DNA of 31,741 nucleotides from a virus (taxonomy: Duplodnaviria > Caudoviricetes), in the IMG/VR virus record IMGVR_UViG_3300046779_000648, positions 1 to 31,741 of that record; one strand, written 5' to 3'. Of the stretch, positions 17,075-25,474 are shown one piece after another (the first letter of the stretch is position 1; the number at the start of each line of letters is the position of its first letter). The position numbers and the translations under genes were made by a program. The notes under the pieces were generated by a model. That model made no database searches. It saw nothing but the letters and a program-made list of their open reading frames with translations, and was not told where the DNA came from.

Positions 17075-19396
17075 TCAAGTCTCATCATGACTGATCCACT
17101 CACCGACGATGATGACAGGGACTTCGCGTCCCTTCTTCTGGTCGAAGACTTTTTCAATCGCCAGCACGTTGGTTCGCACCCATGTCTTCAGGATTGATGA
17201 AACCTTAGATCTGCCTTTCTTTTCTGTGATGTCGATGCCAAGCATGTCAGCTATTGGCAGGCCAGCCCATCGCGGAGACTGTGAACTTTCACGCAAAGGA
17301 TCGCCGCCAGCGTGCGCCTCCGCGACCATCCTCTGTGCCTTCATGGCATCTTTGGCGCTGATGCCGTCGAATGCGTCAGGCAATTCATACGGGATGCAAA
17401 CGCCGATCCATTCGCCGTTGTCGATTTTAACGCCGTGCATTTTGCGATAGAGCGCTTTGTCTGCTGGCGGAGCCAAGTTTGCTTTCCCGTCATCGATGCG
17501 GAAGATCGACCGGGCTTCGTCTTCGTCAATGCCCAGCCTTGTGGCGTCATCTGATGACATGCGGTTTACCACCCGTGCGGCCCGTGCCGCCCCGATCAGT
17601 GAGCCTGCGCCGCGCACGCTGTCTATGCTGGCATCTTCACCATTGCCTTTGCGGATATGATGGACCAAGCCGATGGCGCTTTTTGTTTCGTCTGCCACCC
17701 GCCTGATTTCGCCCACGATGGCGTTGACGGCCATGTTATCATTCTCATTGATGTTGTGCGCACCAACGAAGGGATCGATGAAAACGCAGCCGATATGCTT
17801 TTCCGGGATCTTCTGGCAGAGATATTCGACCAGCTTCGTGTTCGGCAGCACACCGTCGCGCGTCTGGATGCCGAACTTCAGGCTGAAATCCCGGCCGGCA
17901 TTGACGAACAGCTTTCCGCGCACTTCGGCCGGCTTGATGCCATAGTGCTTCATTGCGGCCAGCACCCGGCGCTGGATTTCTTCCAACGGGTCTTCCAGGT
18001 TCACGATCCAGACGTTGGTCTGTTCTTTGACTTCTTCGCCGAGCAGCGGCCTTCCCGTGACGATAGCCAATGCTTCCACAATCTGAAGGGATGTCTTCCC
18101 GATCCCGCCGGCCGATGCCAGCACGCTGACGAAAGACCGAAGATAGTGGTGGGCATAGATCCAGCGGCGCGGCTCAATGCTGGATTCGTCGAACATGTCG
18201 AACATCGATGGCCAGTCAGGCGCAGCCTCAGGCGCGTCAAATGGCGCATCAGGGATGTCGGCAGTGTCGCCATAATCCTGCACCGACTCTGCGCTGCTAG
18301 TGGCCTCTGGCGCGCTGTGCTGGTCGATATAGTCGAAATCATCCATCCCATTCGCCGGGATGTCGATTTGTGCCGGATTGATTTCCTTGCCATAGGCGCG
18401 GACGGCAGCGTCAAAGTCGCCGTTGTGTTCGTAATGCGCGAACAGATCGAAGGCATCGCCCCAGCAATAGGAATTCTCGCCAAGAGACTTTGACCGGCCG
18501 ACGCCAGCGGCGGCATCAGATCCTGACAGGCTGACCCAGTGCGTGCCGAAGTTTTCAGTCGCGTATGATGGGCTGGTCTGATAGCGCGACCGATAGTGCT
18601 GAGAAGATCCGCGCCGCGCATATTGATAGCGGGCGAGCAGGTCTTCAATGCTGTGATCTTTGTTGAAGGCATCTACCGGGCTGACTTCATCCGGGAACTT
18701 CTGCCGCCGATCCGCGCGCTGGCGTTCACGCTCTGCCCGCGCTGCTTCGGCCTGTTCAGCGGCCAAGCGGCGCTGTTCTGCCCGGCGGTCTGCTTCTTGC
18801 TGGATCGGGCTGTTGGCATCAATGCGGAGCGGCTTTCCCCGGGTGATGCGGTGTTCGTAAAAGATTGGCGACAGGTCTTGCGATCTGCGGGCAAGCGGCA
18901 CGTTGGGCAGATAGATCGGCTGGCCGCAACGTGCCAACGCGCCATCTGGATGGATGCCATTGATGTGCAACAGATCGAAGAACGCTGTCTGCGCTTCTTC
19001 ATATTCAGCGCCGCTCATGATGCCTGCCAGCGGAATGATGGCGCGCCATTTCCTGTTGTCGGCCGATGCGCCTGACGATGAATAGATGATCAGGCCGACA
19101 TCGCCGCAGACGGCCTTGATGGCATCATGCACATCATCAATCGACGGGTTTCCCCGGTCGATGTCGATGGCAAGCGCACGAAATGCGCCGTTGTTGCGCT
19201 GGGCTTCATGCGATCTTCCATCATGCCCGCGATAGGTTGACGGGATGAAGAAATCGGCATCGACCTTTTCTTTCGCCTGCGGTGTCTGGACCAGCTTGAT
19301 GATCTGGTTCCAGCTTATGCCTGGATATGTCTGATCTGGCTTGTCGATCAGCGTAAAGAACGATCCTGGGGCGGTTAGAAAGCGGACATCAGACAT
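17075..19396 (-). CDS. Primase-helicase (prim-pol-like N-terminus, RepA/AAA_25 helicase, C-terminal putative DNA-binding domain)
   Basis: LAIDID, YSS...KWRAIIPL; ASAGGIGKTS Walker A, NLEDP, FIDP Walker B, LVHHIRK, RGAGSLIGAARAAR. Confidence 0.88.
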   Translation of the reverse strand: MSDVRFLTAPGSFFTLIDKPDQTYPGISWNQIIKLVQTPQAKEKVDADFFIPSTYRGHDGRSHEAQRNNGAFRALAIDIDRGNPSIDDVHDAIKAVCGDVGLIIYSSSGASADNRKWRAIIPLAGIMSGAEYEEAQTAFFDLLHINGIHPDGALARCGQPIYLPNVPLARRSQDLSPIFYEHRITRGKPLRIDANSPIQQEADRRAEQRRLAAEQAEAARAERERQRADRRQKFPDEVSPVDAFNKDHSIEDLLARYQYARRGSSQHYRSRYQTSPSYATENFGTHWVSLSGSDAAAGVGRSKSLGENSYCWGDAFDLFAHYEHNGDFDAAVRAYGKEINPAQIDIPANGMDDFDYIDQHSAPEATSSAESVQDYGDTADIPDAPFDAPEAAPDWPSMFDMFDESSIEPRRWIYAHHYLRSFVSVLASAGGIGKTSLQIVEALAIVTGRPLLGEEVKEQTNVWIVNLEDPLEEIQRRVLAAMKHYGIKPAEVRGKLFVNAGRDFSLKFGIQTRDGVLPNTKLVEYLCQKIPEKHIGCVFIDPFVGAHNINENDNMAVNAIVGEIRRVADETKSAIGLVHHIRKGNGEDASIDSVRGAGSLIGAARAARVVNRMSSDDATRLGIDEDEARSIFRIDDGKANLAPPADKALYRKMHGVKIDNGEWIGVCIPYELPDAFDGISAKDAMKAQRMVAEAHAGGDPLRESSQSPRWAGLPIADMLGIDITEKKGRSKVSSILKTWVRTNVLAIEKVFDQKKGREVPVIIVGEWISHDET

Positions 19397-19442
19397 TCAC
19401 GATGCCCTTGCTGTTATCGGATTCGGCATATATCGTTTGCAT
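19389..19442 (-). CDS. Putative 17-aa leader peptide overlapping the primase-helicase start
   Basis: GAGGAG 12 nt upstream of ATG; MQTIYAESDNSKGIVNV*; stop lies just past the primase ATG at 19396. Confidence 0.45.
   Translation of the reverse strand: MQTIYAESDNSKGIVNV
19408..19436 (+). promoter_or_regulatory. Antisense sigma70-type promoter with an internal GANTC site
   Basis: TTGCTG-N17-TATCGT; GATTC at 19420-19424. Confidence 0.6.
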
Positions 19443-19514
19443 GGAACTTCGTTTCTCCTCTGGTTCCTCCCGCCTGAACGCGGCTGGCCTGGTCTGCCAG
19501 CCGCGTTCTTTTTT
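19443..19514 (+). ncRNA. Putative counter-transcribed small RNA, about 70 nt
   Basis: Lies between the predicted promoter and a plus-strand terminator, antisense to the SSB-primase intergenic mRNA. Confidence 0.6.
19476..19514 (+). terminator. Rho-independent terminator oriented against the replication operon
   Basis: Perfect 13-bp stem GAACGCGGCTGGC/GCCAGCCGCGTTC, 7-nt loop, T6 on the plus strand only. Confidence 0.8.
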
Positions 19515-19516
19515 AC

Positions 19517-20170
19517 TCAGAACGGAATATCGTCGTCCAATTCCTGATGAATGCTCTGACGCTTGCTGTCATCGAGCGGCTGGCGGGACTGTTCAAACGG
19601 GTCGGCTTTGCTTTCGACCGAATCGAAGTCATCCATGCCGCCGTCGCCATATTTGGCTTCGGTCACTTGCACAGCATCCAGAAGCAGGCTGATGCCGCCA
19701 TTCCCATCAGGATCGACAACAGCGACGGCCCATGCCCGCACGGTTCCTTTCGACCCGCCCCAAAAATTCAGATCTGCAAGCGGCTGCTTTTGCCCGTCGA
19801 TCACGGTCGGGCATTTGTTCAGTTGGCCGTCCTTCTTGACGCCATTGCGCTTGGCGCTGAATTGGATGATCCCGGTTTCGTTGCCATTCTGATCCTTCAG
19901 CTTCTTCATGCCAAAGACAGTCTTGAACGCCGGCAGCTTGGTGTTGCGGCTGCGGCAAGCATCGTAATGCGCCTTCATCTGGTCAAACAGCGGCTTGGCT
20001 TCGTCGCGCGGCATTTCGAATGCGATTGACCAGGCAGCGTTGGATGCGGTGGGCGCGCATGGTTCGCTGGTCTGTTTTGCCGTGTTGAAGCGATATGTCT
20101 GGTTCAGCTTCGGATATTGAAGCGTCACATTCTTCGCCAAGATCTTCAGGAAGTCATCGTTCTGTGCCAT
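19517..20170 (-). CDS. Single-stranded DNA-binding protein (T7 gp2.5/DUF2815-like)
   Basis: YPKL, GSKG, GISLLLDAVQV motifs; acidic tail ending DDDIPF. Confidence 0.8.
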   Translation of the reverse strand: MAQNDDFLKILAKNVTLQYPKLNQTYRFNTAKQTSEPCAPTASNAAWSIAFEMPRDEAKPLFDQMKAHYDACRSRNTKLPAFKTVFGMKKLKDQNGNETGIIQFSAKRNGVKKDGQLNKCPTVIDGQKQPLADLNFWGGSKGTVRAWAVAVVDPDGNGGISLLLDAVQVTEAKYGDGGMDDFDSVESKADPFEQSRQPLDDSKRQSIHQELDDDIPF

Positions 20171-20194
20171 TGGTCTTTCTCCTCTGTGGCTTGT

Positions 20195-21007
20195 TCAGAA
20201 ATCAATCTGACCGTCAAAGACATCATCGCCTTCTGGGTCAGCTTGCCAGCGCGGCAGATCGATATGGTTAATCAGCGGCCAGCCTGTTGTGAAGTCATCC
20301 ATTGCGATGGCGGTGCCGATTTTTTCCAGAGTCCGCGTCACACGGGCATTGGCATGTTCAAGATAACGCGGTGTCAGCGCATGGATTCCGACAGCGTGGG
20401 GCGCTTCTTTCTCAACGCAGACAAAGATGAATTCGTTGGCTTCAAAGCCAGCGGCCTGCAACGCGCGCAGATAGAAGGCCGCTTGCAGGTCATATCCATA
20501 CTTGATGACTTCGCGCGGGAATCCGTCCGGGCTGGCATCATTGGTTGTCTTGATGTCGAAGATGATGCCGGCGTCTTTGATATAGCCGTCAGGTCTGCAC
20601 TTGATCTGCACGCCAGTTTCGGGATCGCGCGCGAAGAAGCTGGCTTCGCAGATCAGTGACGGGCTGGCCAGATATAGGGCAGCGGCTGGATGCGCCTTCA
20701 CGCTGGACGAGATCCGTCCCGCCAGATCGAAATCGGATTCGGTCAGCAGGATCTGCCCATCCAAGTCAGCGGCAAGCTGGGCCTCTTTCCACTTGTTGCC
20801 GCGCCGATCTTCCGGCCCGCGCAAGACCAGATTCTTTTCCGGCTCCAAGATCAGCGCATGAACTGCCGAACCCATGGCGAATGCCGGGCTTTCCTTGCGG
20901 ATCTTGTTCTTCCAGTGAGCCAGCGACTTGCTGGCGACCATCTTCACATCAGAAGACGATATTGCTGAATGCGCGTGATATTCAGCGTTGCTTAGGTCTG
21001 TTCTCAC
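20195..21007 (-). CDS. RecE/exonuclease VIII-like PD-(D/E)XK nuclease (DUF3799-like)
   Basis: YH...ISSS, GSAVH..ILEP, KCRPD, DIKTT, Y.LQAAFY, FIFVCVEK; GTG 21007 with GGAGG RBS. Confidence 0.9.
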   Translation of the reverse strand: MRTDLSNAEYHAHSAISSSDVKMVASKSLAHWKNKIRKESPAFAMGSAVHALILEPEKNLVLRGPEDRRGNKWKEAQLAADLDGQILLTESDFDLAGRISSSVKAHPAAALYLASPSLICEASFFARDPETGVQIKCRPDGYIKDAGIIFDIKTTNDASPDGFPREVIKYGYDLQAAFYLRALQAAGFEANEFIFVCVEKEAPHAVGIHALTPRYLEHANARVTRTLEKIGTAIAMDDFTTGWPLINHIDLPRWQADPEGDDVFDGQIDF

Positions 21008-21441
21008 TTCTTCCTCCACCCGTAATAGGCAAGCAGCGCGGCTTCTGCCCTGCCGTCATCTTTCTTGCGCGCCCACAGATGCGATTGATCCGGGAACACG
21101 CTTGCCGCGTATGCTCTTGATGCGTCCTTGTCGCCAGACAGCCCAAAATGCTTCTTCCAGGTGGCAGGCGGGACTTCATTAGTCGGAATGCCCGCGAAGA
21201 AAAGGCAGGCCTTCATTTCGCCGTATGCCTGCGCGATGGTGACTGCATTCTTGATGCCGATCATGCGCGGGAAGAATGGCTTTTCAATCCACGCGCACCG
21301 GACCGCACCGATCTCCGACAGGATGGCGCGCTTTTCTTCGATGGTCGCTGGCATGTCGTAAACGATCACCGACATGTCGTCGCCATCCATCACAGCGATG
21401 GCACCCAGCTTGCCGGGATCAATGCCGATATATTTAGCCAT
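21004..21441 (-). CDS. RuvC-like Holliday junction resolvase
   Basis: IGIDPG..GAIA, WIEK, V.P..WKK, KDDGRAEAALLA. Confidence 0.88.
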   Translation of the reverse strand: MAKYIGIDPGKLGAIAVMDGDDMSVIVYDMPATIEEKRAILSEIGAVRCAWIEKPFFPRMIGIKNAVTIAQAYGEMKACLFFAGIPTNEVPPATWKKHFGLSGDKDASRAYAASVFPDQSHLWARKKDDGRAEAALLAYYGWRKK

Positions 21442-21715
21442 CAGGATTGACCAGATTCGTTGCGATCTCTCCGCCGCAGGCCAGATAGCCGCAGCCGTCG
21501 ATCCAGTTTTCGGTGTTGCCGATGTTGCCCTTGGCCCGCGCCAGCTTAAACAGCGTCATCATCACCGCAACGTCAGCCGCCGTGATGGCAACATCAAGGT
21601 GGGCCGACCAGTAAGCAGCGATAAGGCCGAAGTTGCGTTCAGCATCGCCATGCGTGGCGGCGCGATCTTTGGTGACATATTCCTTCGCGGTGTCGAGAAT
21701 TTCGGCCCGGTTCAT
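21434..21715 (-). CDS. DUF6378-like phage protein
   Basis: DR...HG.AE.NF..IA..WS, DVA.MM.L.K.AR, D.CGY.A. Confidence 0.85.
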   Translation of the reverse strand: MNRAEILDTAKEYVTKDRAATHGDAERNFGLIAAYWSAHLDVAITAADVAVMMTLFKLARAKGNIGNTENWIDGCGYLACGGEIATNLVNPDG

Positions 21716-21912
21716 TTCCAGCTTCCTTCTTCACGCAGGCTTTCGATGGTCGTGATGTCTGCCAGGCGGTGGCGGTAAACAGCCGCCGGGACGGATCTGC
21801 CGTTGATCCACCTGGACAATGCAGAAATGCTGACTGGCACTTTCGCGGCAAGCCATCCCAGCTTGATGCCGCCGTCATGCAGCCAGTTTCGAAGTTGAAC
21901 TTGCGCTTCCAC
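21712..21912 (-). CDS. Cro-like XRE helix-turn-helix protein, 66 aa
   Basis: WLAAKVPVSISALSRWINGRSVP; GGAGG before GTG 21912. Confidence 0.75.
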   Translation of the reverse strand: MEAQVQLRNWLHDGGIKLGWLAAKVPVSISALSRWINGRSVPAAVYRHRLADITTIESLREEGSWK

Positions 21913-21934
21913 CGCGCCCTCCTTTTGTTTCGCT

Positions 21935-22015
21935 GGACCAGCAGTATGGCCGAAAATATTTTCGGTCAAGCACATTTTTTTGCTTGCGCGGCGCGAATGT
22001 GGCTGTATGTTGGTC
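21935..22015. promoter_or_regulatory. Divergent promoter region with a 16-bp palindromic operator
   Basis: CCGAAAATATTTTCGG (21950-21965) inside leftward TTGACC-N17-TACTGC; rightward TTGCGC-N16-TATGTT. Confidence 0.6.
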
Positions 22016-22082
22016 ATACGAACTAGCAAACAAGCGCAAAGCGCGGCAATCCCGCCACGCAGCGCACCTTCGGAGGCTCACC

Positions 22083-22280
22083 ATGGCCGTTTCTCTTTCT
22101 TCTTCCTGCCTCGCCATCGCTCTGGCTGACACGCGCGGAACGCTCCGCATGATCGAGCGCACTTCGCGCTTCGGCGATACGTTTATCGCCATTGCCGATG
22201 AAAACGGCACCATCGAAATTGCAGACGATCTGCAAGCCGCGAATGATCGCGTGATGGCATTGCGCGCACGCGCAGCCTGA
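22083..22280 (+). CDS. Hypothetical protein, 65 aa
   Basis: GGAGG RBS before ATG 22083; first gene of the plus-strand unit. Confidence 0.7.
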   Translation: MAVSLSSSCLAIALADTRGTLRMIERTSRFGDTFIAIADENGTIEIADDLQAANDRVMALRARAA

Positions 22281-22287
22281 CAGATCA

Positions 22288-22309
22288 AACCAGCCCTTCG
22301 GGGCTGGTT
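22288..22309. terminator. UUCG hairpin (weak terminator or processing site)
   Basis: AACCAGCCC-TTCG-GGGCTGGTT. Confidence 0.55.
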
Positions 22310-22337
22310 CCCACCATCTTCAACAAGGATCACAAAC

Positions 22338-22436
22338 ATGAAACTTCGTGACATCATTCTAGACGCAATCGGCATCATCTGCATCTTCGCGGCTTTCTAC
22401 GGATTGCTGCTGATTGGCTATGGGCTGGGGCTTTGA
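22338..22436 (+). CDS. 32-aa single-pass membrane peptide
   Basis: AAGGA RBS; MKLRDIILDAIGIICIFAAFYGLLLIGYGLGL*; TGATG coupling to the next gene; below the ORF-track cutoff. Confidence 0.65.
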   Translation: MKLRDIILDAIGIICIFAAFYGLLLIGYGLGL

Positions 22437-22621
22437 TGACCAAAGCAGACAGCCTGCGCGCCAGGATCGCACTGGCGGACAAAGAAATATCAAACCTTGT
22501 CGCCAGATATGGCGACAGCACACGGCCGGCCTGGGTCGGCGAAGAAATCGGCATCATCACCATGCACAAGATGAATGCCGAAAACGAACTGAAGAAGTTG
22601 GAGCAAGACAGTGCAAACTGA
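22436..22621 (+). CDS. Hypothetical helical protein, 61 aa
   Basis: Coupled to neighbours; RYGDSTRPAWV. Confidence 0.65.
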   Translation: MTKADSLRARIALADKEISNLVARYGDSTRPAWVGEEIGIITMHKMNAENELKKLEQDSAN

Positions 22622-23024
22622 AATCCTGATCACGAACATCCTGAACACGAAAACGGCCTTCGGCATCATTTCTGACACGCATGAATCCGTCTTCATCCCG
22701 AGCAAAGTGGCAACGGCAGCGGCGATCAAAGTCGGGCAGACCGTCAATGCCATGATCGTCCCGAACAGCAACCAGCCAGACAAGACGCCATGGATGGCGA
22801 TCTTCATCCCTGCCAGCAATGACCTGGACGATCTGCAAAAGGAAATCTTGGCGGATCTGGAAGATGGCCCAGCAACGGCCATCGAAGTCGCTGCCAGCAT
22901 TGGCCAAGATCTGGCCATCGTTGCCAGGAAGATGCGCGAAATGCAGCGCGATGGCGTGATCGTGCAGGAATATGTTTACGCCCTGGACAAGGAAGATTTC
23001 GCAGTTGATCGGGAGGAAGCATGA
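22611..23024 (+). CDS. OB-fold-like domain plus winged HTH protein
   Basis: AFG...ESVFIP...GQ.V.A...PN...TPW.A; C-terminal GP.T..EVA..IG...V...M..M...G. Confidence 0.6.
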   Translation: MQTEILITNILNTKTAFGIISDTHESVFIPSKVATAAAIKVGQTVNAMIVPNSNQPDKTPWMAIFIPASNDLDDLQKEILADLEDGPATAIEVAASIGQDLAIVARKMREMQRDGVIVQEYVYALDKEDFAVDREEA

Positions 23025-23242
23025 ATTACTGGACCATAATGGTCATCACATTCGGCATTGATGTGATGGATGCTGACACTGCCTTGGTGCCTTACAAGTC
23101 AGAAGAAGCCTGCGGTCAGGCCATAATGCCTGTCTACGACACGCTGCAAGACACTTTCCCCGATCTCATGATCCAGTGCGTCGAGACTGAACAATTGTCA
23201 TCAACACTGCGGCCGATGCCGCGCCCGGAGGAACTGAAATGA
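23021..23242 (+). CDS. Hypothetical protein, 73 aa
   Basis: GGAGG RBS, ATGA overlap; two Cys; ends S.LRP.PRP. Confidence 0.7.
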   Translation: MNYWTIMVITFGIDVMDADTALVPYKSEEACGQAIMPVYDTLQDTFPDLMIQCVETEQLSSTLRPMPRPEELK

Positions 23243-23631
23243 CCATCAATAAAAAACATGCGCCGTCACTTTATGCCCAGGACCAAGCGGCATGGGACCG
23301 CATTGCCGCTATGGGATGTGAAAGCCTTATGGAAATGTCAAAGCACTTTGATCTTTGCGCCGATATGGATCGAGCGCTTGGATTCAAAAACGCTGCCGCA
23401 AAGTGGCACAGAGGCGCGAATCGGCCATCTACCGAAGCAAACATGAGAGCGCGGGCTTGGATTGTTGAGAATGTTGAACAGTCAGATCCTGCCCCAGTGC
23501 CATCGCAGATGATCCTTGATCTGAAAGACAAGCCGAAAGTTATCACCATGCTGGTGACTTGTGATTCCGATCAAATGCAAAAAGTCAGCCGCGTCCTGAG
23601 CATCCTTGGATGCAATGTCGTTGAAATTTAA
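23239..23631 (+). CDS. Hypothetical protein with possible HTH
   Basis: GGAGG RBS; ADMDRALGF...AKW.RG.NRPS resembles an XRE-like segment. Confidence 0.6.
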   Translation: MTINKKHAPSLYAQDQAAWDRIAAMGCESLMEMSKHFDLCADMDRALGFKNAAAKWHRGANRPSTEANMRARAWIVENVEQSDPAPVPSQMILDLKDKPKVITMLVTCDSDQMQKVSRVLSILGCNVVEI

Positions 23632-23642
23632 GGATCATCAAA

Positions 23643-23927
23643 ATGAAAACACTTGTCTTCATCGTCGCAACACTGTTCGCCGCCCCTGCCTATGCCGCTA
23701 ACGTCGAAGCCTGCATGGCGCTGTCTAATCTGGTCGAAAGCATCGCCAATGCCCGCGATGCTGGGATGTCCATGCAGGCCGCGCAGGAGATGGTGCGGCA
23801 GCGCATGACCAACGCTCAGTTGTCCACCTCCATGCAGGAGACGGTGCGCCTGATCTATACGAGCGGCGCGAATGTCTCGCCCGGCCAGTTGGCCATGTTC
23901 ATGTTCAACACCTGCATGGAGAACTGA
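23643..23927 (+). CDS. Small secreted/periplasmic protein
   Basis: Sec signal MKTLVFIVATLFAAPAYA; two terminal Cys; ARDAGM motif. Confidence 0.7.
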   Translation: MKTLVFIVATLFAAPAYAANVEACMALSNLVESIANARDAGMSMQAAQEMVRQRMTNAQLSTSMQETVRLIYTSGANVSPGQLAMFMFNTCMEN

Positions 23928-23929
23928 CC

Positions 23930-24340
23930 ATGACTGACGATCTGGTGAAGCGTCTGCTGGCGGCAAACGCATACAAGGCACCTGACTTTTCCATTCCTTT
24001 CGTAGAACCAATCAAAGCCGAAGCCGCCGACCGCATCGAAGCCTTGGAGCGGGAGCGGGATGAGGCCAACGAGGTTATCGAAAAGCAGTCAGCACTGCTG
24101 TGCGATGCCTACGGCGCAGACCTTGATTGGGACGAGGTGCTGAAACAGCGGGCCGATCATGAGTGCAAAGCCCGTCTCGCCAAGGCGGTGGAGGCGCTGC
24201 GGTTCTATGCCGAGGGAAAGTGGCCAGAAGATTACCCCGGCGGCGTTCTGCACGATGTCGATGGCGTGACGCACATTGATTACGGGCATAAGGCCACCGC
24301 CATGCTGGCCGAGATTGAGGGAGGGAAGAAAGATGACTGA
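23930..24340 (+). CDS. Mosaic hypothetical protein (Ead/Ea22-like style)
   Basis: DDLVKRL, EAADRIEALE, AVEALRFYA motifs. Confidence 0.7.
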   Translation: MTDDLVKRLLAANAYKAPDFSIPFVEPIKAEAADRIEALERERDEANEVIEKQSALLCDAYGADLDWDEVLKQRADHECKARLAKAVEALRFYAEGKWPEDYPGGVLHDVDGVTHIDYGHKATAMLAEIEGGKKDD

Positions 24341-25268
24341 CTGTCTGATTTGCATGGGGAGTAAGCGCGTAATGGTCGGAATGTCGTTTCCGCCAAAAAG
24401 CACGATTGCCGTAAAATACGAATACGATCCTTGCCCCGGATGCACCCCGCCGCCGCACACATTTCACGCTAAACGAACGGCACAAATCCTGCGCGAAACG
24501 CGCGAAGCCCGCGCCCTGCCCGCCGTGACCGCGCCGCAGGGGATGAGTGTGCCTGACGACCACACACTTCTCGCCCTAATGCTGGCGACCGAGGAAATGG
24601 ACAACGCGCTAGGCTGGTTCCGAAAGTGGACAACGGGCGATTACCGTGTGTCCACGTGGGCGGATGATCCAGAACTCGCGGGACATTACCACGATGCGAT
24701 GGAGAGACTGCCCGACTTCAAGGCGGCGCTTCTCGCCGCCATCACCGCCGTGACCAAGCCTGCGTTGACGCGCATTGGCTCTGGCCTTTACGAGGTGCCG
24801 CCCGCCGTGACGGTGCCGCAGGGGGTGCGCGACTTTGAAGTTGAGGTAGTGCGCGGCGTCGAAGGTGCAGCTCTTTATTTCAACAATTATCGCGTTGCTG
24901 GCAGTAAGCCTTGGGGCGGCGGAACGCTGCTGCACACGTTCAAAGTGAAATGGTCAGATGTCAAATCGTCTGGCATTCTTGCTTTCACACAGCCCGCGCT
25001 AACACCAACGCCAGTTGATGACAGTCTGGCGGCTGATTCTGCCGTCAAGCCGGAGATGGTTTCGTTTTCGCGGGAGGTCACTGACCAACTGATGGCCGAG
25101 GTTGCCAAGGGTCCGCAGGGGTATTTCCCAAGACAGCCCACGCTGGCCGAGGCGCTGGTGGTGCTGGTCGATTGCGTGGAGGACGGTTGCTACTGCTCTG
25201 AGGAAAGGATGGCCGCAGCCGTTTCCGAAGCCCGCGCCGCCCTGCGCCAGATCGGGGGTGAGGAATGA
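24333..25268 (+). CDS. Mosaic hypothetical protein, 311 aa, with N-terminal CxxC...CxxC and two repeat-bounded modules
   Basis: GGAGGG RBS; ATG overlaps the upstream gene end. Confidence 0.7.
   Translation: MTDCLICMGSKRVMVGMSFPPKSTIAVKYEYDPCPGCTPPPHTFHAKRTAQILRETREARALPAVTAPQGMSVPDDHTLLALMLATEEMDNALGWFRKWTTGDYRVSTWADDPELAGHYHDAMERLPDFKAALLAAITAVTKPALTRIGSGLYEVPPAVTVPQGVRDFEVEVVRGVEGAALYFNNYRVAGSKPWGGGTLLHTFKVKWSDVKSSGILAFTQPALTPTPVDDSLAADSAVKPEMVSFSREVTDQLMAEVAKGPQGYFPRQPTLAEALVVLVDCVEDGCYCSEERMAAAVSEARAALRQIGGEE
24518..24824 (+). repeat. 25-bp direct repeat pair (24518-24542 and 24800-24824)
   Basis: GCCCGCCGTGACCGCGCCGCAGGGG vs GCCCGCCGTGACGGTGCCGCAGGGG, 23/25 identical. Confidence 0.85.
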
Positions 25269-25474
25269 CCGCGCCGGAACGGATTTGGGCTTGGGAAACC
25301 CTGAACTGCAATGGGCAGTGGACTATCGCGGAGGGTGATGGGATCGAATACATCCGCGCCGACCTTGCCGACACCGCCACATGGAACGCTGCGATCAAGG
25401 TAGCAGCGGGTGTGGTGAGTGACCATCACGATGCGTTCTACCGCATCCTCTCCCTGCTGAAGGTCAGGAAGTGA
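25265..25474 (+). CDS. Hypothetical protein, 69 aa
   Basis: APERIWA...EYIRADL motif; ATGA overlap. Confidence 0.7.
   Translation: MTAPERIWAWETLNCNGQWTIAEGDGIEYIRADLADTATWNAAIKVAAGVVSDHHDAFYRILSLLKVRK

Noticed and set aside
17657-18493. 278-aa plus-strand ORF
   Set aside because: Antisense shadow of the helicase domain
19476-19514. Terminator for the minus-strand SSB gene
   Set aside because: On the minus strand the stem is followed by AGGCGGGAGG; the U-tract is only on the plus strand
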